This document shows positions 26,744 to 33,692 of a stretch of 37,731 bases of DNA, one piece after another. The stretch is from IMG/VR virus record IMGVR_UViG_3300020042_010726, positions 1-37,731 of that record; one strand, given 5' to 3'. A program made the translations under genes and the position numbers. Positions within the stretch are counted from its first letter, which is position 1. Every line of letters begins with the position of its first letter. The notes under the pieces were generated by a model. It saw only the letters and a list, made by a program, of their open reading frames with translations, was not told the DNA's origin and did not search any database. This stretch comes from a virus. Its lineage: Duplodnaviria; Caudoviricetes.

Positions 26744-28163
26744 TGGCGAAACTCCCAAACGAACGGACTCCCCCAAACTTGGCTGGGGGAGCGAGGGTCT
26801 CAATGTCTATGAAATCATCAGACTGTGGTTTTAACACGAAGTGCCGCTCGTCACCCACAAAATTTTGGAAGCGCTGGGGGTTGTCCCTATTCTGGACGCG
26901 GTTGGCATACATGAGTGCAGCAAGGGCGTCGCAGTGTCCGATCCCTTCAGGCTGGTCGAATCGTTCAAAATCTGTCCGATGTTTGTTGAATACCCCACCA
27001 CGGATGGTGCGAATCAGGAAGGCGCAGCGGGGGTGAATCATAATTTGGTCCATCTCAAAGAGATTGGCCATGCTTTGGACTGACGCCAGCCAGTCGGACT
27101 TAGGCGGGGTCGTAAACTCCTCCTTGAGATCGAATAAATCGATTAGGGTTTGACCCTGCACGTCAGCATGCTTGGACTCAAAGTCCCAATCTGTCCACTT
27201 TTCCCGCATCCCCTTGACGATTTTACTAGTCGGGGTGTTGCGCTCATACATCAACTCGTCCCAAATCAGGAGTTTGTTGTTGACGTAGTCGTAGGTATGG
27301 ACAAGAGCGACGGTTAAGTCTCGGACCCCTCCCCAGTCGGCAGTCAGCTGCAGGTAATTGGGGTTTGGCAGGGTGAAGGGTTTGACGTGTCTGACAGGGT
27401 CGAATCCTGGAATCACGACTTTGGACATGACTCGGATTATCTGCGCCAGGTATTCCCGCTTCCAGGCGTCCGTATGCATACCACCGCACCTGCGAGCGGC
27501 CTCCTCTATTTGCTCTGGCATGATCGAAGGGCTGTCGTAGACGGTATACTGGAACAAAGTCCCGAGCATGTCGCATTCTGGTAAAACCCTGACATGCAGG
27601 GGATGGTCTGGCTCCTCGCTGGGACTAGACACGAAAATCTCGATCCCGTTGGAGCGAAGGAGTTGGGGTCCCATCACGCTATCGACTCCGTAGTTGAAGT
27701 CGTCCCCATGCACGAATCCGCATTCTTCATAGATGATCAGGCTGGCGTTGCCTCCTCGATTACCGTCTACATATGCCCGCTCAAGCGCTCCTAGGCGCAG
27801 GGACGAGCCGTTGAATAGGTTGTAACGGTATTCGCTCTTGGACCGCTTAAGGAGTCCAGGAGGGGCGTCAGCCATGATGATAGCCAGGTTGTCGTTAACA
27901 AGGTCCTGGCATTGCTTAAACGTGGGAGCGATCACTCGCGCTATCTTTTTGGGGTTTTTAAGCAGGTATTCGAGAGCGTAGGCGCATGCCCAGTAGGTTT
28001 TTCCAATCTGCCGACTAGACAGGATGCAAATCTTACGGGCTTGGGTTGACCGGACGGTCGCTGTGATTTTCTTTTGCAGCGCATCGAGTTTGTACTGTAA
28101 CTCCCCACGGCACCATAGTGCGTTGACTACCGTCCCGTAGGTGATGTTTTCAAGGTCGATCAT
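26712..28163 (-). CDS. terL: Terminase large subunit, 483 aa
   Basis: Walker A SSRQIGKT, Walker B IIYEE, coupling motif VSSP, WKREYLA, nuclease ADWG...D...HCDALAALMY. Confidence 0.92.
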   Translation of the reverse strand: MIDLENITYGTVVNALWCRGELQYKLDALQKKITATVRSTQARKICILSSRQIGKTYWACAYALEYLLKNPKKIARVIAPTFKQCQDLVNDNLAIIMADAPPGLLKRSKSEYRYNLFNGSSLRLGALERAYVDGNRGGNASLIIYEECGFVHGDDFNYGVDSVMGPQLLRSNGIEIFVSSPSEEPDHPLHVRVLPECDMLGTLFQYTVYDSPSIMPEQIEEAARRCGGMHTDAWKREYLAQIIRVMSKVVIPGFDPVRHVKPFTLPNPNYLQLTADWGGVRDLTVALVHTYDYVNNKLLIWDELMYERNTPTSKIVKGMREKWTDWDFESKHADVQGQTLIDLFDLKEEFTTPPKSDWLASVQSMANLFEMDQIMIHPRCAFLIRTIRGGVFNKHRTDFERFDQPEGIGHCDALAALMYANRVQNRDNPQRFQNFVGDERHFVLKPQSDDFIDIETLAPPAKFGGVRSFGSFANGKNNHSKNL

Positions 28164-28375
28164 TACGTGACACTTTTGAGGGTGTTTTTTATATATTCAT
28201 CAAATTCAGGACCAGACAGCGTTAGCCTCATTTTTTCATAAGTTTTTTTGTTAACTAAGAAAAATGGTCCGACTTCTATATAATTGTCGTCAGGTATAAA
28301 ATCAGCATGCTCATTTGTAAAAAAATCCACGCCAAAATTGTCGTAGGGAGCCTTAAATGGTTCGTCTTGGATCAT
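28163..28375 (-). CDS. Hypothetical protein, 70 aa
   Basis: Overlap-coupled on both sides. Confidence 0.7.
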   Translation of the reverse strand: MIQDEPFKAPYDNFGVDFFTNEHADFIPDDNYIEVGPFFLVNKKTYEKMRLTLSGPEFDEYIKNTLKSVT

Positions 28376-28647
28376 TTCTTACTATCCCGCAGTATTTCAC
28401 CCTCGATCAGGGTATAGCTTGAGACCAAAATCTGGACCGCGATCGCAATAGCTCCTGGGTCTATAAGCTTTTCTAGCTCAGTACGGTTGTTAATCTCATG
28501 GGCTAGCTCGCCGAATTTCGATGCTAGTTCAGCTAAAAACTTGTATTTTTGCTCTCGCTTTAAGATGCCTATGACGACATCTTGGTTTGCTGAGTAGACT
28601 TCTAAACTTTCATCAACGGTCATTTGCTTATCCCATTCACGTTCCAT
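28372..28647 (-). CDS. Hypothetical helical protein, 91 aa
   Basis: ATGA-coupled to the next gene. Confidence 0.65.
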   Translation of the reverse strand: MEREWDKQMTVDESLEVYSANQDVVIGILKREQKYKFLAELASKFGELAHEINNRTELEKLIDPGAIAIAVQILVSSYTLIEGEILRDSKK

Positions 28648-28690
28648 TCACGTTTTGTGAGTATGACTCATTTTGTGAATATTTTAATCT

Positions 28691-28804
28691 TTATTTCCTA
28701 CCACTTAATACCTTCAATACATGATAAAACCCCATCATAGCCAGTACAATACACAGCCATGACAGGATTACAAGGGCCATAGACTCTAGCTCGATGTCGG
28801 TCAT
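28691..28804 (-). CDS. 37-aa single-TM peptide (not in ORF track)
   Basis: GAGGA SD and ATGA overlap. Translation MTDIELESMALVILSWLCIVLAMMGFYHVLKVLSGRK. Confidence 0.65.
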   Translation of the reverse strand: MTDIELESMALVILSWLCIVLAMMGFYHVLKVLSGRK

Positions 28805-29013
28805 GTCAATTTCCTCGACGTATAATTTACAGAAATTGAGCATTCAACTTGAAAAACGTTCTCACACTCACCGCAGCTAACTGCGGTTGAATCACCATCT
28901 CTAAGATTGTATTCCCAAGCGTCTACGTCCGCCTGAAAGCAAAATGGGCATATTGGGGCAGAGTCGGTTATTTCACCGTAAGCCTCTAGGTTTTTTTTGT
29001 GCTTGTCTAACAT
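28801..29013 (-). CDS. Zn-ribbon protein, 70 aa
   Basis: CPFC...CGEC motif. Confidence 0.75.
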   Translation of the reverse strand: MLDKHKKNLEAYGEITDSAPICPFCFQADVDAWEYNLRDGDSTAVSCGECENVFQVECSISVNYTSRKLT

Positions 29014-29048
29014 TTCGGTCTGGGTTTTGGCTTAGGCTTTTTTGGCAT
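29007..29048 (-). CDS. 13-aa Pro/Lys micropeptide MPKKPKPKPRPKC (not in ORF track)
   Basis: AGAGGAG SD 6 nt before ATG; the stop overlaps the start region of the Zn-ribbon gene. Confidence 0.5.
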   Translation of the reverse strand: MPKKPKPKPRPKC

Positions 29049-29067
29049 TTAGCGCTCCTCTCTGTGA

Positions 29068-31035
29068 TTAAAAGTCTTTTGATTTTTCATATAACAATCT
29101 CTCAGCCTCTTCGCGAGTAAATACCACCTTACCGTTTTCATCCACGATCGTCCCATCAAATTTGCTAAACAGCTTCGGGACCGCCTTCCCCTTCACGGCC
29201 TCCTTGACCTTGGGGAATAGCTTCGCTTGTTGCTGATAAATCTTGGACTGTTCTGCACCATAAGACATCCGTCCTTTGTACATCTCTTTTTGTAATTTAC
29301 GACCTGGGGTAGACACTTCATGACCTTCAAAATAATCCGTGATTTTATCATCAATCTTATTGGTCCTATCGTTCGGACCTAATAACGGTCTCTCAGATTG
29401 ACGTGTTTTATCGTAAGGTTTTGCGAATTTCTTGAACGCTAATTCATCAACATACCTACTCGTAACGCCTAAATCCGCTCCTGGCTTCACTCTGTCTGCC
29501 TTTGGTAGGTCCATGCGCATCTGACCGCCTTCTGCACTGCCTTGCGCTTGCTCCCAGCGATTGTCAAAATAATTTCTCAGATTTTGCAAATACTCTGGGC
29601 TGTCTGGAAGGTATGGGTCATTTGCAACAATTTCCTTCCATAGTTTTTCTTTAGGGTCAGCATCCCGCTCTACATAGTTCCGCTTTTGAATCTCTTCAAA
29701 CTGCGGACTGGGCCTATCATACGGAGTAAAATCACTCTGCCCTACATCCCCAAACGCCTTCCCACGCTCGTCCATGCGGGAGGGTGCTACGTCCAGCTGG
29801 GAGCGGATTGCGGAGAATTTGTCAGGCTGGCGGGGGAGCGAAGCCTCGGGGTCGCCTTTGGGGGTTTTCCGCTTGTCCTGAATCTGCTTTATTCTAGTTA
29901 AAGATCTCTTTATCCCTTCTTGGTCGCCAGCATCTCGGTAATCCCGATACAACTGCTTTTCGTTTTCTAATTCATCTAAAAGGCTAGCCTGAGGGTCGCC
30001 TTTGGGACCTTTGGGAGGCTCGACTTTCGTTTTCATCGCTTGCGCGAAGGGAGTCTCGTCGATAGGGATCGCTCCAGACAAGCCCATTATGTCCAGGTAT
30101 TCGTCATTCAACACTTGCAAGGTTTGATCACCGTCAGTGATCTCTATAACGTCCCCTTTTTTACCGGATAAATCACTGATCCCAAATTCTTGATCAGCCT
30201 CGGAATCTACTGCAGACCAATTGTCACCGTCGATCCCGTATTTTTCTTTGATGCCTTTTTTAATGGTCTTTTCTGCAGACGTGTCATCGATTTTCCTAAA
30301 AGTTTCCTTCTCGTCGATTGCGCGGACTTCTCCCCTAGGTCCTGGAGCCTCGTTAGCCTTAAATTTATCAACCTCATCACCATACCGAGCCGCTTCATCT
30401 AAATGCTTTTTAAATTCTTTTTCCTTACCAGGAATTGGTCTGTAGCCTTCACTGGCAGGGTGCAACGGACCCCATAATTTTTTACCATTTTCGTCGATTG
30501 GAAATGATTGCGGGTCTAATAGTTTTCTTGCAGCTTCCGTATGTTCTCTTTGTTTGCTTACTAAATCCCCTAGGGATGCTGGCACTTCTTTACCCGCTTG
30601 CTTCGCGATAATCCCAGCTGCATGTTCAGGGTCCTCTACATGCATCGCCTTGCTGATTTTCCTAAACTTCCCCTTTTTCATCAGCTTGGCGATCGCTGGT
30701 AGTGGGATCAAAGTCCCCGCCACGTCAAACTCAGTCTGGGGGACAATCATGCTATGCGCTGCGCTAGGCACTGCAGCTAGGCCCGCTCCCAAGCCCTCAA
30801 ACCCAGCCTTGGCTAGTGGGTCTACGACTCGCCTTTGCAGCATGTCGTCGAATTCCTCCTGGGCAAACTGGCCTGGGGGGAATGGCACGTTGTAGGGTTG
30901 GAGCTCGTCAGGTAAGGGCTGGGCGCTAGTCTGATCCTTATAGTGCTCCGCTATCATCCTACGCTTTTCCTCGGTGTCCCTGTCAGGATTGTAGGGCGTC
31001 ACTCCAAACGTCGAGCGGATACGAGGAAAGTCCAT
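29068..31035 (-). CDS. Large orphan charged protein, ~655 aa; possible internal head protein
   Basis: Long ORF; start moved to MDFPRI (AGGTG SD); no catalytic motif recognised. Confidence 0.75.
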   Translation of the reverse strand: MDFPRIRSTFGVTPYNPDRDTEEKRRMIAEHYKDQTSAQPLPDELQPYNVPFPPGQFAQEEFDDMLQRRVVDPLAKAGFEGLGAGLAAVPSAAHSMIVPQTEFDVAGTLIPLPAIAKLMKKGKFRKISKAMHVEDPEHAAGIIAKQAGKEVPASLGDLVSKQREHTEAARKLLDPQSFPIDENGKKLWGPLHPASEGYRPIPGKEKEFKKHLDEAARYGDEVDKFKANEAPGPRGEVRAIDEKETFRKIDDTSAEKTIKKGIKEKYGIDGDNWSAVDSEADQEFGISDLSGKKGDVIEITDGDQTLQVLNDEYLDIMGLSGAIPIDETPFAQAMKTKVEPPKGPKGDPQASLLDELENEKQLYRDYRDAGDQEGIKRSLTRIKQIQDKRKTPKGDPEASLPRQPDKFSAIRSQLDVAPSRMDERGKAFGDVGQSDFTPYDRPSPQFEEIQKRNYVERDADPKEKLWKEIVANDPYLPDSPEYLQNLRNYFDNRWEQAQGSAEGGQMRMDLPKADRVKPGADLGVTSRYVDELAFKKFAKPYDKTRQSERPLLGPNDRTNKIDDKITDYFEGHEVSTPGRKLQKEMYKGRMSYGAEQSKIYQQQAKLFPKVKEAVKGKAVPKLFSKFDGTIVDENGKVVFTREEAERLLYEKSKDF

Positions 31036-31147
31036 GTTGAACACCTATTTTAAATAGAGTATAGGATCGGATGTTGCCCTAACAGTCTAACCCATTTTAA
31101 CTAGCCTTGAAATAGGACACTGTCGGGGTGACTAACACCCGAAAATA

Positions 31148-31375
31148 TTATTCACCAAGGTTTTTACTTGTTTGGGAATCGGGTGGTTTTTCTTCATATC
31201 TGTGGCTTACGTCGCAATCGACAAGATCATGCTCAAATCGTCTTAGAATTAAATCTAATTCTTCGTGCAACTTTTTTGGGACTAGATCTCGGAGATCGTA
31301 AAGAGTGGGAAGTGCGTCATCCATTATATACTTGGCGTCTAATAACATACCGTGATCGAGATATTTACTTTTCAT
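31148..31375 (-). CDS. Hypothetical protein, 75 aa
   Basis: AAGGTGGAG SD. Confidence 0.65.
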   Translation of the reverse strand: MKSKYLDHGMLLDAKYIMDDALPTLYDLRDLVPKKLHEELDLILRRFEHDLVDCDVSHRYEEKPPDSQTSKNLGE

Positions 31376-31377
31376 AG

Positions 31378-31590
31378 CTCCACCTTTACAGTTTTTTTTA
31401 CTTCTGATTCCTCACACACTCCCAAAACGTGTCCCAATATTCCTGGTCGATAACGTAATAAAGCACAGCACCGCCTGCAAAAGTCACCCTCACGGTAAAT
31501 CCTTGGGGGGATTCTAACGTGACAATATGATCACTGTTAACATAAGTATTATCGTCTACTTTTATAAACATTACATCTCCACCTTTACAG
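31378..31590. repeat. 14-bp exact direct repeat CTCCACCTTTACAG (31378-31391, 31577-31590) flanking a 57-aa gene
   Basis: Read directly; on the minus strand it is the RBS CTGTAAAGGTGGAG. Confidence 0.85.
31398..31571 (-). CDS. 57-aa small beta protein (not in ORF track)
   Basis: MFIKVDDNTYVNSDHIVTLESPQGFTVRVTFAGGAVLYYVIDQEYWDTFWECVRNQK; GGAG SD; TAATG overlap with terS. Confidence 0.7.
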   Translation of the reverse strand: MFIKVDDNTYVNSDHIVTLESPQGFTVRVTFAGGAVLYYVIDQEYWDTFWECVRNQK

Positions 31591-32116
31591 CCTTCGCATC
31601 AATCGTGTCAGGCAAATCCTCAATCAACGCTATCAATTTCTCAGTCGGAATTTTCTGCAGCATTTCGTCCTCCTCTATTTTCTCATGAGCAATTTTCACC
31701 TTGCCCACCATGCGGTCCAAGATGAAATTTAGCTTGATTGGACAGCCTTCGCTAGCCGCTTTTACTAAGATAGCCGCAAGCGCAAGGTCGCCCATGGGTG
31801 TAGACGTGTCTTGGACCATCATTTGCAGCTGTGGCCTGGACATACGCCAGAATTTACTCAGGCGCTTTTTGATGGTCATGGTGTTTTGACCACCCACCCC
31901 AAACCCCGCGACGACCTTTTCCTGCTTCGTTATGGGCTGGCCGAGCTCCTTAGCTGCGGCCCGATCCTTGAATGCATCGCCTTGGCTCACCCCACTAAAG
32001 AGTTTTTGCACCTCCTCAGCGCTGGGGGGGTCGTTAAAGATAGGTGCCGGATCGAATAGAGGCTCCCCCTTTTTCTCTTTTTTGGGGGGTCGGCCTCGGC
32101 TTTTGTATTTCGTCAT
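31571..32116 (-). CDS. terS: Probable terminase small subunit, ~181 aa
   Basis: Basic RGRPPKK N-terminus and KAASEG...LNFILDRMVGK helix motif; upstream of terL. Confidence 0.6.
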   Translation of the reverse strand: MTKYKSRGRPPKKEKKGEPLFDPAPIFNDPPSAEEVQKLFSGVSQGDAFKDRAAAKELGQPITKQEKVVAGFGVGGQNTMTIKKRLSKFWRMSRPQLQMMVQDTSTPMGDLALAAILVKAASEGCPIKLNFILDRMVGKVKIAHEKIEEDEMLQKIPTEKLIALIEDLPDTIDAKAVKVEM

Positions 32117-32145
32117 AAATGCATTGCGCCACGCATATAGCGTGG

Positions 32146-32429
32146 TTGGCAATCCCCTAAAATTGTTTTTAATATTCTTCTTGAGTGAGTGCTATAGAAG
32201 CATTTGCCGTCATAACAGTTTCCCGAAGCTTTCTTAATGCGGCTGTTCTGTCTGCACAATCTGGGCACGTCCTCAAGATAACTTCCGCCAATTCACGCGC
32301 TACTTTGCGAACCTCGGCATAGTAAGGAATTTTCCATACTTGGTCGTGATAAGAAAAAATCTCGTTTAAGTTTTCAGCTGTGATTTTATTACTCGGGTGC
32401 ATTTGGCAATCTCCCCAAAATTGTTTTTA
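32146..32429. repeat. ~26-bp near-identical direct repeat (32146-32171, 32403-32429) flanking the Acb2/Tad1-like gene
   Basis: TTGGCAATCCCCTAAAATTGTTTTTA vs TTGGCAATCTCCCCAAAATTGTTTTTA. Confidence 0.85.
32169..32402 (-). CDS. Acb2/Tad1-like helical-hairpin protein (candidate anti-defence sponge), 77 aa
   Basis: FSYH...YAEVR...CPDCADRTAALRKLRETVMTANASIA matches my recollection of the family pattern FxYH...CPxSRExxxAxxKLxExxMWANAxIA. Confidence 0.65.
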   Translation of the reverse strand: MHPSNKITAENLNEIFSYHDQVWKIPYYAEVRKVARELAEVILRTCPDCADRTAALRKLRETVMTANASIALTQEEY

Positions 32430-32436
32430 TAGAATC

Positions 32437-32790
32437 TTAATTGTCGCTACGAGCGACTTCTAGCCACACAGAGCCATTCCAGACCAGCGATAGGGTGTCA
32501 TTCAGCTGAGGGGTCCACGCGGCGCTTAAAGCGACATTTCCGGCATCCAGGAGCTGGCATGTCGTCGCGCCAGCTGAGACCACCGTCAGGAGGAGTTGCT
32601 GGCCCATCCTGTAGCCGTTCGGAAAAGTGAAAGTCCGGTTGGTCGCGGTCGTATTGTCCGAAGTGATTCTAATCAAAGCAGTTTCAGGCTGTAGGATCAA
32701 CACCTGGTCGTCAGCTGTGAGGACAACATCCTGATTTATCATCCCTAATGGCTCACCTACGACTAAATACCCGTCACGAAAATTACTCAC
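32437..32790 (-). CDS. Small beta-rich putative virion protein, 117 aa
   Basis: GAGG SD and GTG start; TFTFPNG...LSLVWNGSVW resembles a domain of the tail fibre. Confidence 0.65.
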   Translation of the reverse strand: MSNFRDGYLVVGEPLGMINQDVVLTADDQVLILQPETALIRITSDNTTATNRTFTFPNGYRMGQQLLLTVVSAGATTCQLLDAGNVALSAAWTPQLNDTLSLVWNGSVWLEVARSDN

Positions 32791-32824
32791 GATCTAACCT
32801 CACGTCTGTAAGTTATTGATAATA

Positions 32825-33070
32825 CTACTTCTTGCCTTGTGTTCGATAAAAGTCAAGAACTTTAAGAGAGTCTTCGATAATATCGATCTTAGCAGAAAGT
32901 GCTTGATTTATCTCCGAAGCAGACTTCAGGTTTTCGATCGCCTGAGCGACCACCTTGTCGCACCGTTTTGTTAACCAGCTGTATTGCTTGACCGCGTAGT
33001 TGAGGACCCCCAGTAGCGTCATGCTCACCCCGAAGCTAAGTCCTGCCATAATAATCGCGATGTTATCCAC
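32825..33070 (-). CDS. N-terminal TM plus coiled-coil protein, 81 aa (holin/spanin-like candidate)
   Basis: Start moved to GTG 33070 (AAGGAG SD, TAGTG overlap). Confidence 0.55.
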   Translation of the reverse strand: MDNIAIIMAGLSFGVSMTLLGVLNYAVKQYSWLTKRCDKVVAQAIENLKSASEINQALSAKIDIIEDSLKVLDFYRTQGKK

Positions 33071-33315
33071 TAAAAACTGCTCCTTTTTGTCAGGTTGTAC
33101 AGATGCTTGGCCTGGTCGGCACCAGACAAATGGGCGAGTTGCGGGACGTGTATCTGGTCCCACTGATCCAAACGTACCCGCTTCACAGTCCTAAACTTCG
33201 CCAGTGGTCCTGGCCCCTTGCGCTGTATTTGCACCATCCCGTTACCCTTCGCAGCGCGGTATTCGAATCCCCAGAGGACCACTTCGGGGTCGAGGACTAT
33301 CTCGTTTTTCTCCAT
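33070..33315 (-). CDS. Hypothetical protein, 81 aa
   Basis: GGAG SD; first gene after the origin. Confidence 0.65.
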   Translation of the reverse strand: MEKNEIVLDPEVVLWGFEYRAAKGNGMVQIQRKGPGPLAKFRTVKRVRLDQWDQIHVPQLAHLSGADQAKHLYNLTKRSSF

Positions 33316-33383
33316 GTCTCGATCTCCATAATTCTCCTGACTTTATATCAGGTTATGGGTAGTTGGAGCTAGGAGTTTTAAGG

Positions 33384-33652
33384 TTGTAACATTGTGTAAC
33401 ATTATTTAAAGAAAATTTGTTTAGGTAATGTTACATGTTTTTTCTCTATATATTCTTATAGTTATACTTCTTTTGTAACATTGTAACATTGTAACAAAGA
33501 AATAAGAGAGTAAAATGTAGATGAAGAAGAACTACAGAGCTCCCGGACCCCACCGTTTTGGTGATACAATTGTTACAGACATGATTTTACAGAGAAAAGT
33601 AATGTTACACTAATGTTACACCTAATGTTACATAATGTTTCAATGTTACATT
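33384..33652. repeat. Putative replication origin with TGTWACA iterons
   Basis: Exact TGTAACA at 33385, 33395, 33474, 33482, 33490 and TGTTACA at 33429, 33571, 33603, 33614, 33626, 33644. AT-rich, non-coding, next to the helicase 3' end. Confidence 0.8.
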
Positions 33653-33692
33653 GGGTGCTTATTTTAGTGTTTTATCTAGCTATATTATAGCT

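Noticed and set aside
33384-33652. CRISPR array or mini-array
   Set aside because: Repeats are only 7-9 bp, occur in both orientations and have no regular 25-45 bp spacers.
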